In this document: one piece after another, positions 28,303-39,872 of the stretch
Layout: the number at the start of each line of letters is the position of its first letter
Position numbering within the stretch: position 1 is the stretch's first letter
Assembly: GCA_963761305.1 (NCBI GenBank)
Contig: CAVXGK010000001.1
Span: 256,001-320,000 of the forward strand
From: an uncultured Gemmatimonadaceae bacterium
GTDB taxonomy: Bacteria; Gemmatimonadota; Gemmatimonadetes; Gemmatimonadales; Gemmatimonadaceae
Reading direction: 5' to 3'
Length of the DNA: 64,000 bases
Notes under the pieces: generated by a model
Told to the model about the DNA's origin: nothing
The model's input: only the letters and a program-made list of their open reading frames with translations
The model's database searches: none
Position numbers and translations under genes: made by a program

Positions 28303-30159
28303 ATGGCCGAACGCCTCGCGCAAACCGTCGACATCGAGACGCCGGAGCTCGTTGTCGTCAGCTACACCGTGGCCGGCGTCGGGTCGCGCATTGCGGCGGG
28401 ACTGATCGACCTTGTTCTCTGCGTCGCGCTGCTCGTGGCCGTGTTCGCGCTCGCGGTCCTGGTCGGATCGCCCGTGAGTCCGGAAGAGATGGGGCGCGAC
28501 GGGCCCTCGACCGCGTGGGCGGCGGCCGTCGTCGTCATCATGCAGTTCGCCATCCTCTGGGGCTACTACCTGCTCTGCGAAGGGCTGTTCGACGGACGCA
28601 CGCTCGGCAAACGACTGCTCGGGCTGCGCGCGGTGCGCGATGGCGGCTACTCGGTCGGATTCGCCGCGTCGGCCGTCCGCAACCTCATGCGCATCGTCGA
28701 CCTCCAGCCGCTCTTCACCTATCTCGTCGGCATCGCCGGAATCGCCATCTCGAAATCCGGGAAACGACTCGGCGACGTCGTGGCGGGAACGATCGTCGTG
28801 CGCGAAGCGATGGTGCGCCAGCCCGTGGCGCGCCCCGAGCCGGCGACGGAAGGCGGTCCGCCATTGCCCGCGACGACGCTGCTCAGCGACACCGAGTACC
28901 AGCTGCTCGACCGGTGGGCCGCGCGGCGCGGCAGTCTCGACGCCGAGCGTCGCGCCGTGCTCATGAAGCAGGTGGCGGCGCGTCTCCAACACGTGATCGG
29001 CGACGTGGAGCCGAGCGCGCTGAGCGGCACGTTGTCGCGCCTGCTGGCCAGTGAGCGGTTGGCGCGACAGCGCGGCGTGGCGTCGCGCGGCGCGACAGGC
29101 GCCAGCCGCGAGCGCTACGCGATCGTCACCACGCGCTCGCCGCGTTGGATCGCGTTCTCTGCGCGACTGTCCGACGCGCAACGCCGCGGACTCCGCTCGT
29201 TCGACGAGACGCAAGTCCGCGAATTCGTCGAGGAGTATCGCGCGCTCTCGGCCGACCTGGCGCGTTTGCGCACGGCGACGCGCGGCTCGTCGAGCGACGA
29301 GCTGTTCTACCTCGGCCGACTCGTGACGGGCGCTCACAATCTCCTGTATCGCGACCGAAACAACACGTTCCGCGAAGTGCTGCGCTTCATCGCGATCGAC
29401 GTGCCCACCGAGGTGCGTCGCTCCGTCGTGCCGATCGCGCTCAGCGCGGCGTTCCTGTTCGGTCCGGCCGCGATTGCGTGGACCGCCGTCGCGCGCAACC
29501 CCAGCGTCGCCGACGCGTTCATCCCGACGTCGATGCTCGACCGCGCCGAAGACGGCGTGCAGCGCGCGAAGCACAAGACGGGCTACATCGAGGACCCCGA
29601 AGTATTTCGTCCGTTGATGGCGAGCCGCATCGTCGCCAACAACGTGCAAGTGACGTTCGCCGTGTTCGCATTCGGGGTCACGGCCGGCATCGGCACGTTG
29701 CTCATGCTCGTGCTCAACGGCGTGTCGCTCGGCGGCGTGATGGGCCTCTACCAGTCGAAGGGAATTCTGAAGTTGATCGTGGCCTTCGTCGCCCCACACG
29801 GCGTGCTCGAGCTCTCCGCGATCTGCATCGCCGCCGGCGGCGGTTTTCTCATTGCGGCCGCGATGCTCGTCCCGGGCGATCGCACACGCCGTCGCGCGCT
29901 CGTCGAGAACGGCCGCCGCGCCATGCGTCTCATCGCCGCGTCGACGCTGTTCCTGCTCGTGGCCGGCTCGCTCGAGGGCATGGTGTCGCCGATCCCGACG
30001 TGGCCGCTCTGGGCCAAACTCGCCGTCTCGGCAACGACGCTCGTGTTGATGGTCGCCTACCTCACCGGCGGCGCACGTTTGCGGAGCACGACGCCCGCTC
30101 CAGCTCTCCCCGCCGTCCCCGACGCCCCGGCCCTACTGTCTCTCACGAAGGCCAGCTAG
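28303..30159 (+). CDS. RDD domain fused to SpoIIM/DUF95 membrane domain
   Basis: RDD: 'SRIAAGLID', 'GRTLGKR', 'RLGDVVAGT'; C-terminal 'NNVQV', 'NG', 'PHGVLEL'. Confidence 0.85.
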   Translation: MAERLAQTVDIETPELVVVSYTVAGVGSRIAAGLIDLVLCVALLVAVFALAVLVGSPVSPEEMGRDGPSTAWAAAVVVIMQFAILWGYYLLCEGLFDGRTLGKRLLGLRAVRDGGYSVGFAASAVRNLMRIVDLQPLFTYLVGIAGIAISKSGKRLGDVVAGTIVVREAMVRQPVARPEPATEGGPPLPATTLLSDTEYQLLDRWAARRGSLDAERRAVLMKQVAARLQHVIGDVEPSALSGTLSRLLASERLARQRGVASRGATGASRERYAIVTTRSPRWIAFSARLSDAQRRGLRSFDETQVREFVEEYRALSADLARLRTATRGSSSDELFYLGRLVTGAHNLLYRDRNNTFREVLRFIAIDVPTEVRRSVVPIALSAAFLFGPAAIAWTAVARNPSVADAFIPTSMLDRAEDGVQRAKHKTGYIEDPEVFRPLMASRIVANNVQVTFAVFAFGVTAGIGTLLMLVLNGVSLGGVMGLYQSKGILKLIVAFVAPHGVLELSAICIAAGGGFLIAAAMLVPGDRTRRRALVENGRRAMRLIAASTLFLLVAGSLEGMVSPIPTWPLWAKLAVSATTLVLMVAYLTGGARLRSTTPAPALPAVPDAPALLSLTKAS

Positions 30160-30261
30160 ATCCCAACCGTCGTTCGCAGTTGCTGATAGCTGCTGCTGAT
30201 GCTGCCGCCTAGAGTCCCGCCCCGTTCAGCGATCCCAATCAAGCCATACCAAGGCCGCCTT

Positions 30262-31622
30262 TCACAGCTGGCCGCGAGCCTTGATCTCGAGGTATCTGTT
30301 GACCACCGCCGCCGCCATCCTGGACGGCGCCACGTCCAGCACGACGAGCCCGGCCCCGCGCATCCGCGCCAGCGCCTCGTCGCGCTCGTGCACCAGCTCC
30401 TCGGCCGCCGCACTCTGGTACAGTGCCGTCGCGCCGTCGGTGCTCGGCCGAGCGGCGGCCATCAGCGCCTCGTTTTGAATCGCCACGACGACGAGCAGGT
30501 GCCGCTGCGCCGCCCGACCCGCGTAGGCGATGAAGCTCTTCGCCGATCGCACGTCGACCACGTCGGTGAAGAACACGATGAGCGCGCGGCGTCGCTGCGA
30601 GATCGCCAGCACGCGGAACGCCGACGCATAGTCGGGCTCCGTGAGCGTCGGCTCGAGTCCGCTCAACGCGCGGTGTAATCCGCGCAGCGCACGGTCGCCG
30701 CGTTGCGGCGGCATGGACGCGCGGATCTGATCGTCGAACGCGAGGAGCCCGACGCGGTCTCCGCTCGTCGCCGCCACGTCGCTCAACACCAGCGCCGCCG
30801 ACAGCACGTGCTCGAACCGAGAGTAGTGTCCCGCGAGCTGCGTCATCGCCCGGCCGCAGTCGATCAGCGAGATCACCGTCTGCGATCGCTCGATCGTCTG
30901 CTCGCGACTGATCAGCTTTCCGTGCCGCGCGGTGGCTTTCCAGTCGAGCAGGCGCGGGTCGTCGCCGGGCACGTAGTCGCGAAGGCCAGCGAACGCCGTT
31001 CCCTCGCCGCGCAGCTTGAGTGCGCGCACACCCGCCTCGCTCAGCCGGTTCTGCAGCGCGAGCAGCCGGAACCGCCGCACGTTGGTGAGTGACGGCACGA
31101 CGGCGATCGCTTCGTTTTCCTTCGGTGGCGTGACGACGATTCGCGCCAGCAATCCGAGCGGCGTGGTGATCCGCATCGCGACCGGGCCGAGCGCGTAGCG
31201 TCCGCGCGTCTCGCCGGCGAGCGTCATCGCGAACACGCGTTCATCGAGCGGCGGAACAGCATGTTCGTCGGCGCCCATCTCGCCCGACGTTCCCTCCGGC
31301 ACCCTATCGTAGAGTGTCGCGCGTGCCGGCCACGCCCACGCGGATCGGATGGTGTAGGTGACGTCCGCCGAATCGCCGAGTCCGAGCATCTCCGGCGCCG
31401 CGCGCTCGACCGTGATCGCCTCGCGCCTCGGCAGACGCAAATAATCGACGATCACCGCGGCCACGAGACCGACGATCAACGCGAGCGCGAGCGGCCCGCC
31501 GATCCCGGGGATGATCCACGCCACGCCGGCAGCGAGCACCGCGGCCGCGAGGCGTCGCGTCGGGTAGACGCGCCACCACGGGCGCTTCGCCTCGAGCCGC
31601 GACCACCAGCTCTCGGTGGCCA

Positions 31623-31623
<1 letters not shown>
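30262..31623 (-). CDS. DUF58 domain (vWA-like) protein
   Basis: 'LRDYVPGDDPRLLDWKATAR', 'DCGRAM', 'FFTD'. Confidence 0.9.
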
Positions 31624-32584
<961 letters not shown>

Positions 32585-32588
<4 letters not shown>

Positions 32589-33853
32589 GATCGAGTTGAG
32601 GGTGTCGATTGCAACTGCTCTTCGATCGCCGCCAGTGCGTGCCCGACCGAGGCGAAGTCGCGCTTGGCGGTGTCGCTGGTGCGCGCGCGCTTCACGACGT
32701 CGACGCGGGGCCCGAGACTCGGAATCCGCTTCACGACCGCCGCGAGGAAGTCGTCGTCGCCGGCCGACGCCGGGACGGCGACGATGCCGCGCGTTCGCCG
32801 CCGAAGTCCGCCGATCAGATTCGACGTCGCCGTGCGCGTCGCGCCCACGTCTTCGTACGCCCGCCCCAGCGCCGCCGCGTGCTCGAGCGGCGAGCGACGC
32901 GTGATGTGCATGTCGTCGCGCGGGACGAGCGGGCGCGGTGCGAGCGCCAGCAGCAGAAGTAGCCCCGCGGCCAATGCCTGCAACAACAGATTTCCGGAGC
33001 GCGCCCGCCACAGATACAACGCCGACGCCTTGAGACTTCCGCCGTGTACCCCAAATCCGTGGTGATACTCGTCGAAGGCCAGCACGGGCTTGGGGTCGTT
33101 CCCCGGACGCGTGTATTCGATGAGACGCATCGCCGCGACGTCGGCGCCGAAGCGGCACACTCGCACCGCCGCGTTGCTGAACACGTTCGCTCCGCCGACG
33201 ACGGCGACGCGCCCTTTGCCGATCGGAAATCCGAGACCGGCCACGATCGTGGAACTCTCTTCGCGTCCCGCGTTCACCAGCGGCTCCACGCGCCCCGGGG
33301 CGTGTCGCGTCCACGTGACCTCACGGACCTCGGGCGGCAACGTGAGCGCGTCGCTCGCGATGCGCGACGTACGAGGGCGCGGACAGGAGTCCGTGGTGAA
33401 TGCCGAACCCGTTTCGGCGACGGCGTTCAGCGACAGAAACTGCTGGCGAAGGCCGCCTCTCAGCCCGAGCGAATCCGTCAAGCCGTCGTCGCCGTCGACG
33501 GAAAGCACCAACCCTCCGCCGTGCCGAACATTCTCGAGCAAACTGTGAATCTCGTGCGCCCCGAGCGGTTCTCGCGGCGCGAGGACGACCTGCACCGTCG
33601 GCCCGGAGTCGCCTTGGGCGCGCAGCGCCGCCAACGTTTCGATGCGACGCTGGGTGCGCCAACCGAAACGCGCGGCGACTTCGTAGATCATCGCCGCGCC
33701 GCCTGGGGCCGTCGAGAAACTGCTCAGCCCACCTTCCGAGCTGCCGGGCGCTTCGGGCGTGAGCAGCGCGATGATCAACGTCAGGACGCCGAGCGCGAGC
33801 GCGATCGTCGTGGCGCTGAACCGTCCCATGCTGGCGTTCGGAGTGGGTGTCAC
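32585..33853 (-). CDS. DUF4350 domain membrane protein
   Basis: N-terminal TM, 'GGGLVL', 'GKGRVAV', 'FDEYHHG', second TM; position in the MoxR operon. Confidence 0.75.
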
Positions 33854-34476
33854 GCGGCGGCGCGCCGTGGCGCGATCGACTCAGCCGCCTGCGCGAGGCG
33901 AAGATAGTCGTCGTGCGTCGGCGCACTCCAACTGTACACGCTGCGATCGAACTGGCGCGCGAACGACGCGAACTCGCCGGCGACGGCAGGGCGGCGTTGC
34001 CTGAGATCGCGCGCGTAGTCGCCGCTCGTCTTCGACGCGTGGAACTTCACCCCGCCGGAACGGGCGAGCGCGTCGAGGACGCCGATGTAGATCGCGTGAC
34101 ACGCGCCGACGTAGTTCCCCGCCGCGTCGAGTTCGGCGGCCAGCGCCCAGTAGTCGCGACGCTCCCCGTCGATCGCCCGCAGGCCCGCGCCGGCCAGCCG
34201 TCGCGCTTCCATCTGCTGCCCGATCACGATGCGGCCGGCAATGACGATCACGATGAGCGCGACGGCGGCGATCAACAGGTAGCGCGCGCCCGGCAGCCCG
34301 CCCAGCTGTTCCAGCAGATCGCGAACCCATCGGAACACGGTCTCGAAGATGCGGCCGAGGATCGACTGGCGAAGCGGCGTGGTATACGCGGCTTGTCGCG
34401 CGATGGCCGCGACGGTGTCGTGGATCTGCTTCGCCGTCCACGGACCGGCGACCGCCTGTGGCGGAGGAGCGATCAT
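33850..34476 (-). CDS. DUF4129 domain protein
   Basis: TM plus 'SKTSGDY...FDRSVY'; typical MoxR-operon member. Confidence 0.7.
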   Translation of the reverse strand: MIAPPPQAVAGPWTAKQIHDTVAAIARQAAYTTPLRQSILGRIFETVFRWVRDLLEQLGGLPGARYLLIAAVALIVIVIAGRIVIGQQMEARRLAGAGLRAIDGERRDYWALAAELDAAGNYVGACHAIYIGVLDALARSGGVKFHASKTSGDYARDLRQRRPAVAGEFASFARQFDRSVYSWSAPTHDDYLRLAQAAESIAPRRAAA

Positions 34477-34486
34477 TCGTGCGGGC

Positions 34487-35263
34487 CTACGCCACCGGCC
34501 CGTGCGCCGGCGTCGTGTCGGTCACCGCCGACGCGAGATACTCGACGTCGAATCCCTCGTTGCGAACGCGCGTGTCGAAGTAGAGCACCGTCTCGGTGAT
34601 CCCGAAGATCGGATAGATGACAATCGTCACCGCGGTGACGAGGACGTAGCCGATGACTTTGCTCGGCTGCAGGTTAATCAACATGGCGGCGCCGACATTC
34701 ACCACCGTCGTGAGAATCGCGACGAGGATCAGCGTGCCGAGGATGCGCCACTTGTTGTGCGCCGCCAGATCGCCGGAGCGCCCGAGCGCGGTGAACGCGC
34801 CTTTGTCCTCGAGCACCACCGCCTGGCGCACCGCGAAGAAGCGCGCGATGAAGTAAATGCCGGGTATCACGAAGAACACGAGCCCAATGCCGATCACCAC
34901 GAACGTGACCACCGTGGCGATCACCAGCGGCAGAATGCGGGATGCGGTATGCCGCAGCGCCGACGACACGTCGATCGGCTCGTCGAGGTACACGGCGCGC
35001 GCCAGCATCGACACCACGCCGCCCGCCAGACCGTAAATCACGATCCCGGCCGCGGTGAAGATCACGCTATCGCGAATGAGCGTGGGCGTGAGCTGATCCG
35101 GTGTCGTCGGAATCTGAATCTGGAAAATCAGGCGAATGGCGAGCCACGGCACGTACACGAGCGCCATCGCGACCATGAACGGCACCGGCGCACGACGATA
35201 CACCTGAAACGCCGCGTCGATCAGTTCGGTGACCGAGCGGGGACGCAGGACGAGGTCGGACAT
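34487..35263 (-). CDS. Integral membrane protein (GDPD membrane-anchor-like)
   Basis: 'LRPRSVTELIDAAF', 'ALGRS', 'LYFDTRVRNEGFD'. Confidence 0.75.
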   Translation of the reverse strand: MSDLVLRPRSVTELIDAAFQVYRRAPVPFMVAMALVYVPWLAIRLIFQIQIPTTPDQLTPTLIRDSVIFTAAGIVIYGLAGGVVSMLARAVYLDEPIDVSSALRHTASRILPLVIATVVTFVVIGIGLVFFVIPGIYFIARFFAVRQAVVLEDKGAFTALGRSGDLAAHNKWRILGTLILVAILTTVVNVGAAMLINLQPSKVIGYVLVTAVTIVIYPIFGITETVLYFDTRVRNEGFDVEYLASAVTDTTPAHGPVA

Positions 35264-35264
35264 G

Positions 35265-35296
35265 GTGGGGACCGGTGGACAGGTGGACCGGCGGAC
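35265..35296. repeat. Octamer repeat x3 (CCGGTGGA-like) abutting a start codon
   Basis: ccggtgga-caggtgga-ccggcgga. Confidence 0.7.
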
Positions 35297-35355
35297 GCCT
35301 GGCGAGACTTCTAAAATGCCAGCGCCCTGAGTAGACGGCTAGTCACGGTGCGACG

Positions 35356-35384
35356 TGGACTGCCGCGCCGTCGCATGGTATCAT
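35356..35384 (+). promoter_or_regulatory. Sigma70-type promoter
   Basis: TGGACT, 17-bp spacer, TATCAT with extended -10 TG. Confidence 0.5.
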
Positions 35385-35455
35385 CGAGCGGCTGGTGGCG
35401 ACGCCGCCCCAACGAGACGCCTCACGCTCCGCCGTAGCAGGCATTGAGAGGCTCC

Positions 35456-36211
35456 ATGAACACGCCGCTTCAAGCCGCTGTCCCGGCGCCGCATCGCAGC
35501 CCACTGCGAACGGCCGCGCTCAAGATCCTGGTGCACGGCGCATTTCTGGTCGTCGCCGTAGGCTGCCTGGCGGCGTACGAGCACTTCAAGGCCCAGGGGC
35601 AGTCTTCCGCCTCGCTCGTGAGCGTGGCCGGAGCGGCGCTGTTCGGTTTCGCGCCGCTGCGCGACTTGATGCGCGTGTTTTTTCGCGTCGAGGGCGGCGC
35701 GCTGCACCTCGTGCACGGTCTGGGTGGATTGGCGCTGGTCTCGTTGCCCGTGACCGGCGTGGTTGCCGGGCCGCCGGTGCTCACCCACGCCGCGATGGCG
35801 CCGTTCGCGCTCATGGGCGCCGCACAGGCGGTGATGCACCAGAACCATCCGCGCAACGCGGCGCAGGCGGCCGCCCTGCAAACGTTCGCGTCGAGCTTGC
35901 CGCAAGTCGCTCAGTTCGCGGGATCGAAGGACCTTACGTCGCCGGAGAACGCGCGGCGGGCGGTGGCGGTCCTGTCCGACATCATCGGCAAGGCGCAAAA
36001 GCTCGGCGAGACGGAGCTGGCCGCCGATCCCAACTTTCAGAGCGCCCTGAGTCAGGTGACGTCACGCTTCGGCACGACCTTGGGGCTCGACGCGGTGCAA
36101 CTCGCGCTCGGCCAGTTGGCGTCGAATCCAGCCACGGCCGGAAGCGTTCCGGACCTGCGCTCCCGACTCGCCAAGGCGCGGAGCACGATCGCGCGCGGCG
36201 AAACGCGCTGA
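35456..36211 (+). CDS. Hypothetical membrane protein
   Basis: GAGAGG RBS; 4 hydrophobic segments plus helical C-terminus. Confidence 0.7.
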   Translation: MNTPLQAAVPAPHRSPLRTAALKILVHGAFLVVAVGCLAAYEHFKAQGQSSASLVSVAGAALFGFAPLRDLMRVFFRVEGGALHLVHGLGGLALVSLPVTGVVAGPPVLTHAAMAPFALMGAAQAVMHQNHPRNAAQAAALQTFASSLPQVAQFAGSKDLTSPENARRAVAVLSDIIGKAQKLGETELAADPNFQSALSQVTSRFGTTLGLDAVQLALGQLASNPATAGSVPDLRSRLAKARSTIARGETR

Positions 36212-36315
36212 CGCCGGCGCGACCAAGGCCGTACACACGTAAGCTCAGAATTGCTTTGACCGGCAACGCGCATCGCGCCAATAGTTCGCGGTCTCCATTC
36301 GCGGACTTGGCATCG

Positions 36316-37005
36316 ATGCGCCTACCCCTTTCGCACGCTCTGATCGTCGCGTCGCTCGTGAGTCTTCCACCACTCGACGCGCGGGCGCAGACGCTCGATT
36401 CGACGACGAAGCTCGAGGCCATCAACTCACGCGTGCTGTGGGTCGACTATCGCGGCCGGCGCGCCCTCAAGCTGGCGCCGCTCGAGGGGCACGAACACGA
36501 CACCGATCAGGAAATGGCGGCCGTGCTCACCGGCTCCGATTTTCGAGACGGCGTCATCGAGTTGGACGTCTCCGGCGCGCGACGACAAGGCTACTCGACC
36601 GCCGAGGACGTGAGCGGCTACAAAGGAATCGTCGGACTCACGTTTCGACTGCGCGGCGATTCAGCGGAACGATTCTACATTCGCCCCGAGAATGCGCGGC
36701 TGAACAATCAGTTGTTTCGGAATCGATCGACGCAGTACGAGTCGAGCCCCGACTTCCCGTGGCAGCGACTGCGTGAGGAGAATCCCGGCGTCTACGAGTC
36801 GTACGCGGACATCGAGTCCGGGGGCTGGACGCACCTCAGGATCGAGGTGTCGGGCGAGTCGGCGCGGCTCTACGTGAACGGCGCAAGCCAGCCGTGTCTC
36901 GTCGTAAACGACCTCAAACACGGCGTGAGCCACGGCGCAATCGCGCTCTGGGCGAGAATCAGCAGCGACGCGTACTTCGCCAATCTGCGCGTTCGGCCGC
37001 GATAG
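36316..37005 (+). CDS. Secreted concanavalin-like (DUF1080-like) protein
   Basis: Signal peptide; 'DFRDGVIELDV', 'WTHLRIEV', 'LYVNG', 'GAIALW'. Confidence 0.7.
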   Translation: MRLPLSHALIVASLVSLPPLDARAQTLDSTTKLEAINSRVLWVDYRGRRALKLAPLEGHEHDTDQEMAAVLTGSDFRDGVIELDVSGARRQGYSTAEDVSGYKGIVGLTFRLRGDSAERFYIRPENARLNNQLFRNRSTQYESSPDFPWQRLREENPGVYESYADIESGGWTHLRIEVSGESARLYVNGASQPCLVVNDLKHGVSHGAIALWARISSDAYFANLRVRPR

Positions 37006-37062
37006 CCGCGCGCGCCTCAGAGCCGCAGCCGTTTTCAAGGTGCAGCAGCTATTCTTCGGGTT

Positions 37063-38319
37063 GTGGCGAAGGGTGCACAAGATCCAGCATCACTGTCTGA
37101 CCTGTCGGGTCATCGTCGGCCTTTTCTTCGCGTCGATGGGCGTGGTACGCTAGGCCGCGCATTCATCATGTTCTTGGTCGCGAGCGCCGGCACTGTGTCT
37201 CTCGGAGTGAGCTGCCGGTTCACCGATGGGTTGGCCGGCGGGAACTCATCGAGTGGCCTTTCGGACAAATGGTTCATGCCGGTCGACGGCTCGTTCGGGT
37301 GGCGGGGACTTCCGGAAACCGCCGACGGCGTCGTAGTCACGGGCATGGCCGGTGGGATTGCCGCCTTTGATACGGCCATGGGCGACCGGGTCTGGCGCGC
37401 GCCGGTTTTTGGTTCGGCAAGAGCACGACCGGTCGCAATGAACAACCCAGTGCGCGACCATAGGGTCTGCATCGCCGACTACGATGGTATCGGCTGTGCC
37501 GACACGCGCACGGGCGCTCTTCAATGGAACGTCACCCCGCCAACGGATTCGGCGACGGACGGGGGATCGAGCGCGATTGACGGGGCCGCGCTCTACTACG
37601 GCACGCGCGCCCATCGGCTGAACGCGAGATCGCTCGTCGACGGTCGCCTCCTCTGGTCGACCGATTTGTCGCCGACCGCGCCGTTCCTTACGCGAGTCTA
37701 CAGCGCCACCGTGCGAAACGACACGGTGTATGCCACGACCGTGCGCTGGCTAAACTGGAATGGTTTCCTATCCGCCGGCGACCTGGTCGCGGTCGATGCG
37801 AGGACGGGAAGAGTCTTCTGGAGCTTTACCTCACCTGACTCTGAAAAGAGCGGCTTTCAGTCGCCTGCCGTCCTGGCCGGCAACGTCGCCGTCGTGTCCG
37901 ACGTCTATCGCCACGCGCTCCGCGGCATCGACCTGACGACGCATTTGGAGCTGTGGCAGAGTGAGCAGAACGCGAGCGGGTACATCAACGCCGAGACGCC
38001 GCCGATCGTTTTGGGCGACACGGTGTTCGCAGGGTCGACAGACAGCCAGGTCTACGCGCTCGACCTCGCGACCGGCAAACGACTCTGGCGCTCGCCGCCA
38101 ATCGGCGGTTCGTTGGCGGGGGTCGCCATCTGTGGCCGGTGGATCGTGTCGATTCCGTTCGCGGGCGGCGATCCGTATACCGTCGATCGCGTCACACACG
38201 TCGTGACCCGATTCAGGCTTCCGGCTCCCGGCGACTACCTCTACTCACAGCCGGCCGTCAGTGGCCACACCCTGTACGCCACGGGCGAGCACGGCGTTCA
38301 TGCTCTCGTGTGCAACTAA
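37063..38319 (+). CDS. PQQ-like beta-propeller repeat protein (BamB-like)
   Basis: Repeated 'A.D..TG...W' docking motifs; start uncertain (may be 37168). Confidence 0.8.
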   Translation: MAKGAQDPASLSDLSGHRRPFLRVDGRGTLGRAFIMFLVASAGTVSLGVSCRFTDGLAGGNSSSGLSDKWFMPVDGSFGWRGLPETADGVVVTGMAGGIAAFDTAMGDRVWRAPVFGSARARPVAMNNPVRDHRVCIADYDGIGCADTRTGALQWNVTPPTDSATDGGSSAIDGAALYYGTRAHRLNARSLVDGRLLWSTDLSPTAPFLTRVYSATVRNDTVYATTVRWLNWNGFLSAGDLVAVDARTGRVFWSFTSPDSEKSGFQSPAVLAGNVAVVSDVYRHALRGIDLTTHLELWQSEQNASGYINAETPPIVLGDTVFAGSTDSQVYALDLATGKRLWRSPPIGGSLAGVAICGRWIVSIPFAGGDPYTVDRVTHVVTRFRLPAPGDYLYSQPAVSGHTLYATGEHGVHALVCN

Positions 38320-38368
38320 GGCACAGGGCCTGATCGATCGGCGCCGCGCTATTCCTCACTGAAACGAG

Positions 38369-38408
38369 AAGCGCCACGAAGGAGCCGGGAGGCTTCTTCG
38401 TGGCGCTT
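38369..38408. terminator. Bidirectional terminator between convergent genes
   Basis: AAGCGCCACGAAGGAGCC / GGCTTCTTCGTGGCGCTT 18-bp stem. Confidence 0.8.
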
Positions 38409-38431
38409 GGTTCGTTCGTCGCGTGCGCGGC

Positions 38432-39304
38432 TTACGCCGCCATGCCGTCCTTCAACACGCCCGCGGTGTCGCTCTCGCGCAGGCGCTTGAGCGCGCGGTC
38501 GCGCAACTGACGCACACGCTCGCGCGTGACGCCCAACTCGCGCGCGATCTCCTGCAACGTCATTGGGCGGTTGCCCTCGAGACCGAAGTACAGGATCAGC
38601 ACGCGCCGGTCGCGCGGCGGCAGGACGTCGAGCGCGCGGGCGATCGCTTCGCGACGCGAGTCGCTCTCGATGCCACCCGGCAACACGTCTTCATCCTCGC
38701 CACGGTCGAGCACCAGCGTTTCGCCGAGGGTGCGACCCGGCTCGCCGGAGATGGCCGGCTCGTCGAGCGACCGCGTCGGCTGGAGCAGCGCGACCAATCC
38801 TCGCGTGACGTCGAGCGAGAGATCGGCAACGCTCGCGATCTCTTCCTCGTACGGCTCGCGCGACAGGCGCTGCCGGAGCAGCTCCTGCGCACGCGACACG
38901 CGCGACAGATCCGCCGCGCGGTTGAGCGGCACCTGAACGGTGCGACTCTGCCGCTGCACGGCCGAATGGAGCGCCTGACGGATCCACCAGACCGCGTAGC
39001 TGATGAAGTTCACGCCGACGTCCGGGTCGTACTTGTCGGCCGCGCGCACGAGCCCGGCGTTCGCCTCGCTGACCAGGTCGCCGAGCGGAACGCCGCGATT
39101 CTGGTACTGCTTGGCAACCGAGAAAGCGAACCGAAGATTGGCGCGGATGAGCTCGGATCGGGCCGCATCGCGCTCTTCGTCCGAGGTGGCGCGGCGCATC
39201 TGGCGGGCGAGCTCTTTCTGCTCGGGCGCCTTGAGCACCGGCTCGCCCCGGAGCTCTTCTATATAGAGATCAAGGAGGTCGCGGTCGTTCGTGGTCGGGT
39301 ACAT
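38432..39304 (-). CDS. RNA polymerase sigma-70 factor (RpoD/RpoS-like, short alternative form)
   Basis: Regions 1.2, 2 ('ANLRFAFSVAKQY', 'FISYAVWWIRQ'), 3 and 4 ('TLQEIA..LGVTRERVRQ'). Confidence 0.93.
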   Translation of the reverse strand: MYPTTNDRDLLDLYIEELRGEPVLKAPEQKELARQMRRATSDEERDAARSELIRANLRFAFSVAKQYQNRGVPLGDLVSEANAGLVRAADKYDPDVGVNFISYAVWWIRQALHSAVQRQSRTVQVPLNRAADLSRVSRAQELLRQRLSREPYEEEIASVADLSLDVTRGLVALLQPTRSLDEPAISGEPGRTLGETLVLDRGEDEDVLPGGIESDSRREAIARALDVLPPRDRRVLILYFGLEGNRPMTLQEIARELGVTRERVRQLRDRALKRLRESDTAGVLKDGMAA

Positions 39305-39445
39305 CGATCAATCACCCCCGGCGCCAAGGGGCGCCGTGCCTGAAAGTCCATGCAGTAGTACAACTTTGCGCGTCGCAGGTTCGCACGCGTGGGCCACTTT
39401 TTTCCGTCTTTTTCGCATGAATCCGGACTTCGTCGACCCCGCCGC

Positions 39446-39787
39446 TCATTCCCGCACTTGTGCAGCCACTCGCCTTCGCCCCGCCTTGGAACTCGCGGCG
39501 GGCGACGGCGGTTCCACGCCCATCCGCTTGCGCAGCTCGGCCATGTAGGACTCGAAGACCTGAGGCCGAGTCCGGTAGTAAACGAACTGCCCATCGCGCC
39601 GCGAGTCGACAAGTCCTGCGCTGGCTAACTCTTTGAGATGGTGCGAGATAGTCGCCTGTCGAACCGGAAAGCACCCGCACAGCCGCTGGCAGCCGACCTC
39701 GGCTTGCTGCGCGATGTGCTGGAGGATTTCGAACCGTCTGGGATCGGCCAACGCCTTCGCGATCCGCTGGAACTGCTGGGACTCCAC
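39446..39787 (-). CDS. ArsR/SmtB-family transcriptional regulator
   Basis: 'KALADPRRFEIL', 'QATISHHLKEL..AGLV..RRDGQFVYY'; Cys cluster CQRLCGC. Confidence 0.9.
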   Translation of the reverse strand: MESQQFQRIAKALADPRRFEILQHIAQQAEVGCQRLCGCFPVRQATISHHLKELASAGLVDSRRDGQFVYYRTRPQVFESYMAELRKRMGVEPPSPAASSKAGRRRVAAQVRE

Positions 39788-39815
39788 TGGCTGCTCATGC
39801 TCCGGAAACCGTACG

Positions 39816-39834
39816 ATCTATAGATAAGCATCTA
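39816..39834. promoter_or_regulatory. Putative ArsR operator palindrome
   Basis: TAGAT-AAGC-ATCTA (39821-34) overlapping ATCTATAGAT, AT-rich, about 30 bp upstream of the ArsR gene. Confidence 0.5.
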
Positions 39835-39872
39835 AGTGTCTGGCGCAAGAGGCAGGGGCTGAGTCGCTCACA

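Noticed and set aside
27667..29799. 710-aa ORF suggesting a large MsrA fusion
   Set aside because: The N-terminal part is antisense to the RDD/SpoIIM gene; MsrA starts at ATG 28218.
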